This document shows, piece by piece, positions 47,887 through 58,422 of a DNA stretch of 64,000 bases. The stretch is from positions 122 to 64,121 of the forward strand of contig BLLT01000001.1 of assembly GCA_011958945.1 (NCBI GenBank). The letters are read 5' to 3'. The stretch's first letter is position 1, and the number at the start of each line of letters is the position of its first letter. The DNA is from Lachnospiraceae bacterium (lineage in GTDB: Bacteria; Bacillota; Clostridia; Lachnospirales; Lachnospiraceae). The notes beneath the pieces are model-generated. The model saw only the letters and a program-made list of their open reading frames with translations, ran no database searches and was not told where the DNA came from. A program made the translations under genes and the position numbers.

Positions 47887-49569
47887 ATGAATAGTAAACA
47901 ATTTCTAACAGCTATGTACCTCCGTCTTTCAAGGGACGATAGTGATGTCGGGGATGTGACAGACAGAGAGGGTAATCTGAAATCCGAGAGCAACAGTATC
48001 GGAAACCAGAGGGAGCTGATCAGAGCCTTTATCCATGAGCAGCAGGATATGGAACTTTATGATATCTATGTTGATGATGGATTTTCGGGCAGTAATTTCG
48101 ACAGACCAGAATTTAAAAGAATGATAAGCGATATCGAAGCAGGAAAGGTAAACTGTGTCATTGTGAAGGATCTTTCCCGTTTTGGACGTGATTATATTGA
48201 ATCCGGGAGGTATATACAGAAAATCTTTCCGGCTCTTTCCGTGCGTTTTATTGCCCTTACAGACCATTATGACAGCTTTCAGGCGGACACATCGGAAAGC
48301 GGCATCGTTCTTCCAGTTAAAAATTTTATCAATGATTCTTATTGCAGGGATATTTCTACGAAAGTAAAAAGCCAGTTTGAGGTAAAGAGGAAGAATGGGG
48401 AATGCATTGCCCCATTTGCCCTTTACGGATATAGGAAAGACGAAAATAACAAAAGCCATCTTGTACCAGATGAATATGCAGCGGATATTGTCAGAAAAGT
48501 ATTTGCATGGAAGATAGAAGGAATGGCTGTTTCAGCGATTGCGGAAAAGCTAAACGGACTGGGTATCCTTTCCCCGAAAGAGTATAAAAAATCAACGGGG
48601 AACTATAAAGGCGGATTTTCCGGAGCGGCAAAATCACAGTGGAGCAGTTCCACCGTGAAAAGGATACTGACCAATGAAACCTATTTGGGACATATGGTAC
48701 AGGGCAAAAGAGAGAAGATCAATTATAAGCTGAAAAAAAGTGTAGATAAACCGCAGGAAGAATGGATAAAAGTGGAGAATACCCACGAACCAATTATATC
48801 GGTGGATCAATTCCAGATTGTTCAGAACTTATTGAAGACAGACGGCAGGGTAAGTGTGGCAACAGAAGAAAGCAGTCTGTTTACAGGGATTTTATTCTGT
48901 GGGGACTGTGGAGAACAGATGATCCGGCGTATAAACCGTTATAAAGATACTTGCAGAATCTATTATATCTGTTCCACAAAGAATCGTGGCGATGGCTGCA
49001 CAAGACACAGCATAGAAGAAGAACAGTTAAAAGGGATGGTTGCGGAACTGATCCGGCATTATGCAAACTGTTTTTTGGAAGAAAAGCAGATGTTTGAAAA
49101 GGCGCTGGAAATGGAAACTAATTTTGAGTCAATCGTCCGTTATGACACAGAGATTGCAAGGCTGAAAGAAGAGCAGGATAAGTATTATTCCCTTTGTTCC
49201 GGTCTGTATGAGGATTTGCGGCAGGGAGTTATTACGAAAGAAGAATTTGAAAGGCTGCATGGGGATTTTAAGCGGAAAGCCTCAGAATTTGAGGAGGCAC
49301 AGAAAAAGCAGGAGGGAATGATAAAGGAACTGTTTAAAAACGGTGTCATATCTGCGGCACGGTTAAAGGCGATGCAGGAAAGTTCAGAGCTGAAAGAGAT
49401 AGACCGTCATACGCTTTGCAGCATGGTAAAATCCATTACAGTATTTGAGAATAAAAGGCTGGAAGTTGAATTTTATTATATGAACCAGTACCGCATCATG
49501 CAGGAAGTAAATAAGAAGGTAAAAGAGCAGAAAACAGAATACAACAGGAATAAGGAAAGGAGTGCGTAG
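47887..49569 (+). CDS. Large serine recombinase 1
   Basis: AMYLRLSRDD (catalytic Ser), VIVKDLSRFGRDY, recombinase domain, Cys-rich zinc ribbon (CGDCG..C..C), coiled coil, C-terminal SITVFENKRLEVEF. Confidence 0.9.
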   Translation: MNSKQFLTAMYLRLSRDDSDVGDVTDREGNLKSESNSIGNQRELIRAFIHEQQDMELYDIYVDDGFSGSNFDRPEFKRMISDIEAGKVNCVIVKDLSRFGRDYIESGRYIQKIFPALSVRFIALTDHYDSFQADTSESGIVLPVKNFINDSYCRDISTKVKSQFEVKRKNGECIAPFALYGYRKDENNKSHLVPDEYAADIVRKVFAWKIEGMAVSAIAEKLNGLGILSPKEYKKSTGNYKGGFSGAAKSQWSSSTVKRILTNETYLGHMVQGKREKINYKLKKSVDKPQEEWIKVENTHEPIISVDQFQIVQNLLKTDGRVSVATEESSLFTGILFCGDCGEQMIRRINRYKDTCRIYYICSTKNRGDGCTRHSIEEEQLKGMVAELIRHYANCFLEEKQMFEKALEMETNFESIVRYDTEIARLKEEQDKYYSLCSGLYEDLRQGVITKEEFERLHGDFKRKASEFEEAQKKQEGMIKELFKNGVISAARLKAMQESSELKEIDRHTLCSMVKSITVFENKRLEVEFYYMNQYRIMQEVNKKVKEQKTEYNRNKERSA

Positions 49570-49571
49570 GA

Positions 49572-51272
49572 ATGGGCAGAGTCTCCAAAAGAAAAGCGTC
49601 AAGGCAGCAGACAGAAGCAAGGCGTGATGAACTAAGATATAAGGCAGGGATATACGCAAGACTTTCATCGGATCAGGATATCAAGAAGAATGAATCTGTT
49701 GATGTTCAGATAGAGATAGTAAAGAAATTTGTGGAAGAGTTTAACGGACAGAAAAAAGGGGAAGCGATTGATGTTGTGGAATGTTATACGGATTTGGGAA
49801 AAACAGGAAGCAACTTTGAAAGGGAAGGTTTTCTGCGGCTGTTGCAGGATATAAGGCTCGGAGAAGTCAACTGTGTTATTGTAAAGGACTTGTCAAGGTT
49901 TGGCAGAAACTATCTGGAAGCAGGAAATTATATTGAAAAAATTTTTCCTTTTTTGGGAGTGAGGTTTATCGCAGTTGCAGATGGTTTTGATACCGGGAAA
50001 GAGGGAAATGAAAATAAGCAGATGGCTTCTGAAATCAAAAACCTTGTAAATGATATGTATGCAAAGGATTTTTCCAAAAAGGCGAAGCTACATTTAAAGC
50101 AGAGAAGAGAGGAAGGTTCCTATGTAGGCGGTCCGCCGCCATATGGGTATAAGGCAGAGTGGAAAGGAAAGCGCAGGGTGTTGCTGCCTGACGAAAATAC
50201 GGAAGGTATTGTAAAGTTCATTTATGAGAAATTTGTTGAAACAGAAAGCTACACTGCGGTTGCCGATGAACTGAACCGCAGGCGTATCAACCCACCGTAC
50301 CAGTATAAGAAAACAAAGGAAGTGTATCATGCAGACGATGCCATCAGTTATAAGGGGTGGGACAAAGGTGCGGTGGAGAGAATTGTGAAAAGTGAAACCT
50401 ATGCAGGGACATTGATACAGGGAAAGACGAGCATTACTGCAAGGAATGAGAAAAACCGCATTCGCAAGCCCGAAGATGATTGGGTGGTTACAGAAAACGC
50501 ACATGAACCTTTAATCGGGGAAGAATTGTACAGAAGTGCGGTGGAAGCGGGCAGGAGAATAAAAATAAGGACAGAGGCACACAGGCATCCCACAAAGGGT
50601 TATCCGATAGAGGAAAATATCTTTGACAATGTGCTGTATTGTGGAGTATGCGGCAGGAAAATGACACGAAGCAGCTATGTGAAGCAGTATGCAAATGGGG
50701 AGAAAGCAAGACTTGACGGATATTTCTGTCTGAATGGCGGACAGACAAAAGTTACGGTATGCCCAGAATCGAATCGCATATCAAAAAATGAACTTTTGGA
50801 TATATTACTGCCCCTTATCCGTATTGAATTTGAGGTTTTTCTGAGTAAACCAAAGCGTTACATGGAATATGGAAAGGAAAGGATAGCAGAGGCGGTAAAA
50901 AAGAGAGAACAAAAGTTAAGTGAGACAGAAGGAAAGATCAGACGTTTCCGTGAAGAGGAAGGCAGCGTATATATGGAATACCGTGCCGGGAAAATGTCTC
51001 AGAGGGATTATGTGTCTTTTAAAATGAAGCAGGAGGACAGACTGGAGGAATTGAGAAAACAGCAGCAGGAATGGGAAAAAGAAAAAAAGGCATTGGAAAA
51101 ACTGGAGACAAAGTATTTGGCAGCCATAAAAGCGCTTATAAAGCTAAAAAACGCAAAAGATTTGACAAAAGATGTAGTGGAGGCTTTTATTGCAAAAATA
51201 TATGTTTATCCGGGAAAACGGATAGAAGTTTTGTTTACGGTTACGGCTGACAGCATGGAGGGAGTGAGGTAA
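49572..51272 (+). CDS. Large serine recombinase 2
   Basis: GIYARLSSDQD, VIVKDLSRFGRNY, CGVCGRKM..C zinc ribbon, coiled coil, C-terminal KIYVYPGKRIEVLF. Confidence 0.9.
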   Translation: MGRVSKRKASRQQTEARRDELRYKAGIYARLSSDQDIKKNESVDVQIEIVKKFVEEFNGQKKGEAIDVVECYTDLGKTGSNFEREGFLRLLQDIRLGEVNCVIVKDLSRFGRNYLEAGNYIEKIFPFLGVRFIAVADGFDTGKEGNENKQMASEIKNLVNDMYAKDFSKKAKLHLKQRREEGSYVGGPPPYGYKAEWKGKRRVLLPDENTEGIVKFIYEKFVETESYTAVADELNRRRINPPYQYKKTKEVYHADDAISYKGWDKGAVERIVKSETYAGTLIQGKTSITARNEKNRIRKPEDDWVVTENAHEPLIGEELYRSAVEAGRRIKIRTEAHRHPTKGYPIEENIFDNVLYCGVCGRKMTRSSYVKQYANGEKARLDGYFCLNGGQTKVTVCPESNRISKNELLDILLPLIRIEFEVFLSKPKRYMEYGKERIAEAVKKREQKLSETEGKIRRFREEEGSVYMEYRAGKMSQRDYVSFKMKQEDRLEELRKQQQEWEKEKKALEKLETKYLAAIKALIKLKNAKDLTKDVVEAFIAKIYVYPGKRIEVLFTVTADSMEGVR

Positions 51273-52837
51273 TGGATAGGCTGGCAATGTATTTACGCTT
51301 ATCTTTAGAGGACAAAAGAGCCATAGAAGATGGCGGTTTTACTCAGGACGAGAGTAATAGTATCGGAAACCAGAGAAAGCAGATTTTAGAATACATACAT
51401 CACGATTCTGAACTTTCAAAGTATGAAGTCATGGAATTTAGTGATGATGGCTACTCCGGCACGAATATGGAAAGACCGGGTATGCAGAAACTATTGAAGG
51501 AGGTAAAGGGAAATAGTATACGCTGTATCATTGTAAAAGATATGTCCCGGTTTTCAAGGGATTATATCGAAATGGGAACCTATCTGAACCAGATCTTCCC
51601 TTTTATGGGTATCCGTTTTATAGCTCTGAATGACCATTATGACAGCAGAGAGCATCAGGGAAGTACCATAGAGATTGATACGGCGTTTCAGACACTTTTA
51701 TATGATCTATACAGCAAAGATGTGTCCGTCAAGGTAAAAACTTCTTTTGAAAATAAGTGTGCGAATGGCGAATATGTTTTCGGACAGGTTCCCTTCGGAT
51801 ATGAGAAAAGCAGGGAAGTAAAAAATACGGTTGCAGTGAATGAGAAAGAGGCAAAAATTGTACGGTATATTTTTTCCCTTGCCGTACAGGGCAAAAGCAG
51901 TACGCAGATTGCGAAACAGCTTTATGAGGAAGATATACCAACAATCACGCAGATCCGTAAGCCCAATAAAGCGGTATTGGATGGAAAACTTCATACATGG
52001 AGCGCTCAGGCAGTCAGAAATATCTTAAATAACCGTTTTTATCTTGGGGAAATGGCATATGGGAAATCTGTCAGGAAGTCAGTAGGAAGCAAGGATGGTA
52101 TAGCTGTGCCGAGGGAAGACTGGAAAGTGATAACTGACCACCATGAAGCGCTGATTTCAGAGGAAATCTTTGAGCAGGTTTCAGCGTTCAGACCGGAAAA
52201 CTCTACGAAGCGTAACAGGGAGAAGCATCCGCTGACCGGGAAACTGTACTGCGGCGGCTGTGGATATTCCCTCAATTATAAGCCAATCCGGGGAAAAAAT
52301 AAATACAGGCGCTTTGAGTGCAGAAAACATTCCCTGCTTCAGATACCGGAGTGCTGTACTTATATGAATGCCGATCTGCTGGAAGAAACGGTGCTTTTGA
52401 TGTTAAATAAGGAACTGATGCTCCGTGGAAATGCCATGAAACAGAAGGAAAATCTGTTTTCCTTTCAAAAAGCGGCTATCCATGCATTAAAGAAGAAACT
52501 GGACGGATACAGGCAGGAGAAAAAGCAGGCACAGGCAGAGAAAGATGCGCTGTATGAGAAGTATGCGCTTGCACAACTTTCAGTTGGAGAATATCAAAGA
52601 AAGGCAAAGGAACTGACAGAGCGGTTATCTTCTTTATCTGTGTTGGAAGAAGAAGCTAAAGAAAGGCTCAGCAGGTTAGAGAACGAATGCCAAAAGGCAG
52701 AGGAAGATATGAAGCAGATTATCCGCTATTCTCATATCGAAGAACTGACACAGGAGGTTGTTGATACTTTCATTAAAAAAGTATATGCTTATAAGGACAA
52801 GAGGGTTGAAATCGAGTGGAACTTCCGTGTGGATTAA
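51272..52837 (+). CDS. Large serine recombinase 3
   Basis: AMYLRLSLEDK, IIVKDMSRFSRDY, CGGCGYSL..C zinc ribbon, coiled coil, C-terminal KVYAYKDKRVEIEW. TAATG overlap with recombinase 2. Confidence 0.9.
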   Translation: MDRLAMYLRLSLEDKRAIEDGGFTQDESNSIGNQRKQILEYIHHDSELSKYEVMEFSDDGYSGTNMERPGMQKLLKEVKGNSIRCIIVKDMSRFSRDYIEMGTYLNQIFPFMGIRFIALNDHYDSREHQGSTIEIDTAFQTLLYDLYSKDVSVKVKTSFENKCANGEYVFGQVPFGYEKSREVKNTVAVNEKEAKIVRYIFSLAVQGKSSTQIAKQLYEEDIPTITQIRKPNKAVLDGKLHTWSAQAVRNILNNRFYLGEMAYGKSVRKSVGSKDGIAVPREDWKVITDHHEALISEEIFEQVSAFRPENSTKRNREKHPLTGKLYCGGCGYSLNYKPIRGKNKYRRFECRKHSLLQIPECCTYMNADLLEETVLLMLNKELMLRGNAMKQKENLFSFQKAAIHALKKKLDGYRQEKKQAQAEKDALYEKYALAQLSVGEYQRKAKELTERLSSLSVLEEEAKERLSRLENECQKAEEDMKQIIRYSHIEELTQEVVDTFIKKVYAYKDKRVEIEWNFRVD

Positions 52838-52877
52838 GGGAAGTGCCAGGCAAAAACAACTTAGCAATAACTTCCCA

Positions 52878-53106
52878 TCAATTTTCATGGTACTTAGCAA
52901 TTATTTACCATCAGCGGAACGGAGTTATGCGGGTTCGCGGACTTTTGGTTAGAAAAAAAGTGAAAAAAGTTCGTGACAATAACTTGACATCAACGGGGTA
53001 TGGGGCGATTTGTGTCGAAAATAGTCTGCCGAGGTAGAAAGGAGTAGGTTTTTGGGGAAATAAGCACTTTATTTTGTGGTATATTGTGTCGAATAAAGTG
53101 CTTATT
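52878..53106. repeat. Direct repeat copy 1 (junction-like sequence right after the recombinase module)
   Basis: Core 52923..53106 aligns with 58556..58737 with few mismatches by eye; similarity is weaker from 52878. Ends in a 15-bp-stem hairpin AATAAGCACTTTATT..AATAAAGTGCTTATT. Confidence 0.85.
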
Positions 53107-53487
53107 ATGCATAAATTTGGAATAAACGTATTCAACCATCTCACATTTGCTAGAGACGTTTGAACAAGTTTTACACAAAATGACAAAATCTTTGTGTATC
53201 GTATCTCCGATTTATTCAGATTATGGATAGGAAATGGGCGGCAATGAATAGGATAAAACATATCTATAAGTGCGATTGATATGTTACTATATCAGTGGGT
53301 AATTTTGAAGCAGTGAATGAAAGGGCAGGAGACTTGGAAGTTAAGATTTCTATTGCGCATTTAGTAATATTGTAAGCACAGTCAGTAATGTTCACTTAGA
53401 AGTAAAAATGTAAATTGTATTTTAAATGTAGTTGTGTATGCAATGCGAAAATGATATGATAGTAATAAGAAATACGGAGGATTGTTT

Positions 53488-54417
53488 ATGGGAAATATAT
53501 ATGATGGGGCATTCCGTACAATCTTAAATGATTGCCGACAAATGATCATCCCGGTAATCAATGAGATTTTCAAGGAAGACTATACAGGGAATGAAAAGAT
53601 TGAGTTTCATCCTAATGAACATTTTATTGGCCAACAGGATGTGGCAGACAAGGAAAGAATAACAGACACTAATTTTGTAATCTATGGGAGGAAAAAGAAA
53701 AAATACCATCTGGAATGTGAAAGTAGCCTTCCGGATGGGCGGATGACAATCAGATTGTTTGAATATGATGCTCAGATCGCTTTAGATGAAGGGGAAGTCA
53801 CTAATGAAACATTGACAGTGACATTTCCAAATACGGCAGTTCTATATCTAAGGAATTATAAAAAGACACCTGACAAAATGCGGTATGTAATAAAAACGCC
53901 GGGCGGCACTGTAGAGTATGATGTGCCGATAATGAAGGTGCAGGAATATACTCTGGAGGATATTTTTTCAAAAGGCTTGTTACTGTTAATTCCGTTTTAT
54001 ATTTTTTCACATGAAAAGAACTTTAAGGTGTATAATAGTAATGAACAGAGATTAGCGGATTTGAAAGAAGAGTACCAAAATATCTTGGAGAGACTTGATA
54101 AACTGGAGCAGGAAGGGATTATCGGAGCGTTTGATAAACGTACAATTATAGAACTTTCTGGTGATGTAATCGAAGAAATCGCACAAAAGTATGAGAATGT
54201 GCAGAAAGGGATAGGTGGAATGATGAGTGGAGCGTTAATTGAGACAGAAGCAAGGGCAATCTTGAATAAAGGTATAGATAAGGGAATAGATAAAACTAAA
54301 AAAGAGACAGCGCTTAGAATGCTTCAAGATGGAGAATTGCCAATTGATAAGGTTGCGAAATATTCAGGACTTGATATTGCAGAGGTAGAGTTGCTTGTAG
54401 GACTTCAGACAGTGTAA
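53488..54417 (+). CDS. Rpn/YhgA-like PD-(D/E)xK nuclease-family protein (recombination-promoting nuclease / putative transposase family)
   Basis: ATG 53488 lies 6 nt after GGAGGA. N-terminal half has the DTNF..YHLECES..RMT.RLFEY pattern recalled for this family, plus a C-terminal helical tail. Confidence 0.6.
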   Translation: MGNIYDGAFRTILNDCRQMIIPVINEIFKEDYTGNEKIEFHPNEHFIGQQDVADKERITDTNFVIYGRKKKKYHLECESSLPDGRMTIRLFEYDAQIALDEGEVTNETLTVTFPNTAVLYLRNYKKTPDKMRYVIKTPGGTVEYDVPIMKVQEYTLEDIFSKGLLLLIPFYIFSHEKNFKVYNSNEQRLADLKEEYQNILERLDKLEQEGIIGAFDKRTIIELSGDVIEEIAQKYENVQKGIGGMMSGALIETEARAILNKGIDKGIDKTKKETALRMLQDGELPIDKVAKYSGLDIAEVELLVGLQTV

Positions 54418-54605
54418 AAGGAGTTCAGACATTTGTATTATGATCATAAATCAAGGAAATGGCTTATTTATAGTTTAAAAGCATTTTCCTGATTTTGTGT
54501 ATGTAGCTGATATTATAATTTTTTAGAGGTAGTTTATATACAATGATATAGTATCTATTAAAAGGATGTACAAAAGAATCCTGACTGTTAGAGAAAGGGA
54601 AAATT

Positions 54606-56675
54606 ATGTTTCTAAAAAAAATACATATAGAAAATTTTAGATTACTAATGGACTATGATGTAGATTTCGATGAAGAATTGACGCTTTTTGTTGGAAAGAA
54701 TAATGCCGGAAAGACATCACTTATGAATTTGATGGATATGGTTGTTAGTGGCAGTAATTTAGTTTTTGATGATTATCCTATTCAATGCCGTAAGAACATC
54801 TATCATGCATTCACTAATTTTTGGAGCGGCAGGATTTCATTTGAGGATTGTGTAGATATGATTCCTACCACAATGATACGTATGTATATTGATTATTCTA
54901 AAGAATCGGAAACGGACTACCTTGGAGGATTATCTCCGTTTATTATAGATCTGGATGAAAAGGTTACAGAAGCAGTAATTGTGGCAAGATATTCATTTTC
55001 AGCAACAGACAATATTTTGTATGAGTTGAAAAAGAACTATGAAAATATGAAACAAAGTATTGAAAATATTGGGGAAGAAGAAACTGTAGGATACGATATT
55101 GAGATTTTGGCAAAAATTATAGAGCAAAATTTTTCGAGTTTATTTTCGCTACATATAATAGCAGTAAATCCAACGGACATAAGTAATACGCAGGAAAAAA
55201 CAAAAAAGGAGATTAGAGATTTATTTGTATTGACTACTATCAGTGCAGAAAGAAGTTTAGATGAAGCTGATAATGTGAAAGAGAAACCGTTAAGTACAGT
55301 GATGAATCGAATATTTAAAAGTGATGTATCTGAGATTGAAGAGGAAATTGCTACTCAAACACAATCATTAAAGGAATTTGTCGATAAGCAAAGTCTGAAC
55401 GCAGAAAATAGGGTAAACGAGATATTATCTGATATTGTAAGTAATATGGCACCTTTCGGTTATCCAACAGCAGAGGATATGCAATTATATGCGAAAACAC
55501 AATTTTCAATGAAGAATGATATTATTAACAATACGGATTTGACTTATGTGACAGCAGGTACTGGGGAGGCATTACCCAGTTCGCATAACGGTTTAGGATA
55601 TAAGAACCTAATTAAAATTACACTGTTGTTGAAGGAATTTGCCAGAAATGTAAAGCAGAATGCTAAGAGCGCAATTCCGATATTGTTTTTGGAGGAACCA
55701 GAAGCACATATGCACCCTCAGTTGCAAGAGGTGTTTGTTGAACATTTGAAAGATGTGCTATCAGAATTTTCGGGTAATCCGATTCAAATTGTGATGAGTA
55801 CGCATTCCCCACATATTGCAAATACAGTCCCATTTAAAAATATACGGTATTTACGAAGAAAAGCAGATCAGGTTATCTGCAAAAATTTAAATAAATTCAG
55901 CGAGAAAGAAGGTAAAGCAAAGGAAGAACATAAAGAAAATATGGAATTTTTAAGAAAGTATCTAACATTAAGTCGGTGTGATTTGTACTTTTGCGATAAA
56001 GCCATTTTAGTGGAAGGGGCTGCAGAACGTCTGTTGATTCCGGATATGATTAAAAAATGTGAAAGATATGGAAAATTTAAAGGGAATGTTCCATCGTTGT
56101 CGTCTCAATATTGTTCTATCATTGAAGTTGGGGGTGCATATGCGCATCGTTTTTTTGGATTCGTTGATTTTTTAGAAATACCTACACTGATTTTAACAGA
56201 TATTGATTTTGTAGATGAAGATCAAAATAAATCATTGCACAAAGATGCCACAGATACATCGAATGCTACAATAAAAAGGTGGTGTCATGATGTATTTGAT
56301 ATCGCGGTGACGAAAAAAATTGAATTGAAACAAATACTTGAATTAACAGAGCAACAGAAAACGAATGGGCTTAGACATTTGGAGTTCCAGATGGAAGAAA
56401 ATGGAACTTATCCACGTAGTTTAGAAGAAGCACTTATGAATGTAAACCGTGAATATTATGAGATAGATGAAGAGGAAACAAGTATTAATTTTGATGAAAC
56501 GGAAGGGAAAAAGACAGATTTTGCTTTAGATTTAATTTTTGGAGAAATAGCAGATAATTATAGTATACCTTCATATATTGAAAACGGACTTCTATGGTTA
56601 AATGAACAATCTAAGTTTCCCGCAGCTATAGAAACAAGGAGAAAGTTTAAACGGACTTATATTAAGAAAAAGTAA
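54606..56675 (+). CDS. OLD-family ATPase-TOPRIM nuclease (class 2 OLD, GajA-like)
   Basis: IENFRLL, Walker A GKNNAGKTS, LFLEEPEAHMHPQLQ, TOPRIM ILVEGAAERLLIP and LTDIDFVDED. 689 aa. Confidence 0.85.
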   Translation: MFLKKIHIENFRLLMDYDVDFDEELTLFVGKNNAGKTSLMNLMDMVVSGSNLVFDDYPIQCRKNIYHAFTNFWSGRISFEDCVDMIPTTMIRMYIDYSKESETDYLGGLSPFIIDLDEKVTEAVIVARYSFSATDNILYELKKNYENMKQSIENIGEEETVGYDIEILAKIIEQNFSSLFSLHIIAVNPTDISNTQEKTKKEIRDLFVLTTISAERSLDEADNVKEKPLSTVMNRIFKSDVSEIEEEIATQTQSLKEFVDKQSLNAENRVNEILSDIVSNMAPFGYPTAEDMQLYAKTQFSMKNDIINNTDLTYVTAGTGEALPSSHNGLGYKNLIKITLLLKEFARNVKQNAKSAIPILFLEEPEAHMHPQLQEVFVEHLKDVLSEFSGNPIQIVMSTHSPHIANTVPFKNIRYLRRKADQVICKNLNKFSEKEGKAKEEHKENMEFLRKYLTLSRCDLYFCDKAILVEGAAERLLIPDMIKKCERYGKFKGNVPSLSSQYCSIIEVGGAYAHRFFGFVDFLEIPTLILTDIDFVDEDQNKSLHKDATDTSNATIKRWCHDVFDIAVTKKIELKQILELTEQQKTNGLRHLEFQMEENGTYPRSLEEALMNVNREYYEIDEEETSINFDETEGKKTDFALDLIFGEIADNYSIPSYIENGLLWLNEQSKFPAAIETRRKFKRTYIKKK

Positions 56676-56703
56676 GAAAAAAGAAGAAAGAAGGAAAACA
56701 ATT

Positions 56704-58422
56704 GTGGCATTGGGCAAATATGAGATTGCGAAACTGAGGTCAAATGAAATAGATGCTTGTATTATAAAAACTTTGCAATCAGGACAAAGTTTTAGGGTTG
56801 AAGCTGGTGCTGGTTCTGGAAAAACTTATTCCCTGAATAAAGTGATTGATTGGATACAGGATAATTATTGGCAGTCATTGAATTTGAAGAAACAAAAAGT
56901 TGCCTGTATTACATATACGAATGCAGGTGTAGATGTTATAGCTTCAAGACTTCGGATGGAGAGTTTTATTGAGCCAATGACAATCCATACGTTTGCATGG
57001 GGTCTTATTAAGCAATTTGAGCATGAATTGAAGAAGAAAGTAGTTGAAGAAAATCTGTTACCAGATGGGATAAAAGGTGATGATTTTGATATGGTGCATT
57101 ATGAAATAGGGGCAAGGTATGTGGAAAACAGAGTTTTATATTTGCACCATAATGATGTCATTTTGTTGTTTGCCAGATTTATGGACAATAAAAAATTTCG
57201 TCAACTCATGACAGTGCAATATCCAATTGTATTGATTGATGAATATCAGGATTCATTGAAAGCTATTATTGATCAATTCTTAAATTGGTTTATAGATATG
57301 AAAGAGGGACCACAGTTTGGGTTTTTTGGTGATGCATGGCAAACTATATATGAAAAGAGTTCGTGCGGTATAATTGATTCTGCCAATATTGCTGTTATTG
57401 GTAAAGAAGCAAATTTTCGTTCCCAACAGGTAATTGTTGATGTATTAAATGAAATGAGACCTGAATTACCACAGATTTGTGCTACAGATGAAAATGATGG
57501 ATTTGTCAAAGTAATTACATGCAATGATTTTTGCGGGGATCGGCAGAAAGGGTACTATAAAGGTGAACTTCCCAATGACATTTTGATAGAGCGCATAGAT
57601 AATTTGCAGGAAAAACTTGATAAGGATTATCAATGGAATGATGAACATATTACATTGATGATTACACATAAAATGTTGGCAAAACAACAAAGTTATGTTA
57701 ATCTTCTGGAAATGCTAGATGAACGTTTAAAAGATGGGGATGATCCTTATCTTGAATTTTTCTCAGAAGTAGTTGAACCTTTGTATTCAGCATTAGAGGA
57801 AAAACGGCTTACGCGGATTTTTGATGTATTAGGAAGCAGAGGGTATCCAATAGAGTATAAAGGGCAGAAACGAATTTGGAGCGAGTTTGAAAAACGGCTT
57901 GAGGAGGGGCGGAAGAGGACTATTGGAGATGTAATGAAGGTACTATTTGAATTACAAGGAATTCAGATACCAATACCGCCTAAAGTGCAGGAAAGTCATA
58001 AAAAATATTTGGATGATCCTGAAAACCAATACGGAAGAAGTACAATAGGTCATCTCTATGGCATTTCATATTCTGAGGTGTTAAACACACTTGAGTTTTT
58101 AAGTCCGAATGCTGAGTATTCGACAGATCATGGAGTAAAGGGAGAAGAATATCAAAATGTACTTTTTGTGGTTGGACGTGGTTGGAATAACTATCAATTT
58201 GATAAATATATGGGGTGTGATTCAAGTAAATTAAAAGGAAATGAATACGATGCATATGTGAGAAACAGGAATTTATTTTATGTATGTTGTTCTAGACCTA
58301 GAAAGAGACTTGTTCTGTTTATAACTGTCCCTGTAGAGGGCGATTTTATGGTATATTTGAAAAAGTTATTTGGAGTCGAAAATATATGTACATATAGTGA
58401 ATTTATGAGCGAGGATAAATAA
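56704..58422 (+). CDS. UvrD/PcrA/Rep-family SF1 helicase (GajB-like)
   Basis: Walker A GAGSGKTYS, LIDEYQD, C-terminal HGVKGEEY and YVCCSRPRKRL. GTG start 29 nt after the OLD gene. Confidence 0.85.
   Translation: MALGKYEIAKLRSNEIDACIIKTLQSGQSFRVEAGAGSGKTYSLNKVIDWIQDNYWQSLNLKKQKVACITYTNAGVDVIASRLRMESFIEPMTIHTFAWGLIKQFEHELKKKVVEENLLPDGIKGDDFDMVHYEIGARYVENRVLYLHHNDVILLFARFMDNKKFRQLMTVQYPIVLIDEYQDSLKAIIDQFLNWFIDMKEGPQFGFFGDAWQTIYEKSSCGIIDSANIAVIGKEANFRSQQVIVDVLNEMRPELPQICATDENDGFVKVITCNDFCGDRQKGYYKGELPNDILIERIDNLQEKLDKDYQWNDEHITLMITHKMLAKQQSYVNLLEMLDERLKDGDDPYLEFFSEVVEPLYSALEEKRLTRIFDVLGSRGYPIEYKGQKRIWSEFEKRLEEGRKRTIGDVMKVLFELQGIQIPIPPKVQESHKKYLDDPENQYGRSTIGHLYGISYSEVLNTLEFLSPNAEYSTDHGVKGEEYQNVLFVVGRGWNNYQFDKYMGCDSSKLKGNEYDAYVRNRNLFYVCCSRPRKRLVLFITVPVEGDFMVYLKKLFGVENICTYSEFMSEDK

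Larger units (their letters stand above)
1..52877 (+). mobile_element. Integrative conjugative element, partial (left end outside window): Gram-positive T4SS module, cargo, terminal triple serine-recombinase module
   Basis: Co-directional VirD4, VirB4, PrgI-like, Maff2-like, NlpC/P60 and polyvalent methylase-helicase genes, then cargo, then three large serine recombinases ending at 52837. Right boundary is placed where similarity between the two 0.2-kb direct repeats begins (~52878). Confidence 0.75.

Noticed and set aside
52984-53030. Promoter inside the direct repeats (TTGACA at 52984 and 58615)
   Set aside because: A good -35 hexamer is present in both copies, but no acceptable -10 lies at 16-18 bp spacing. 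It is left as part of the repeat description.
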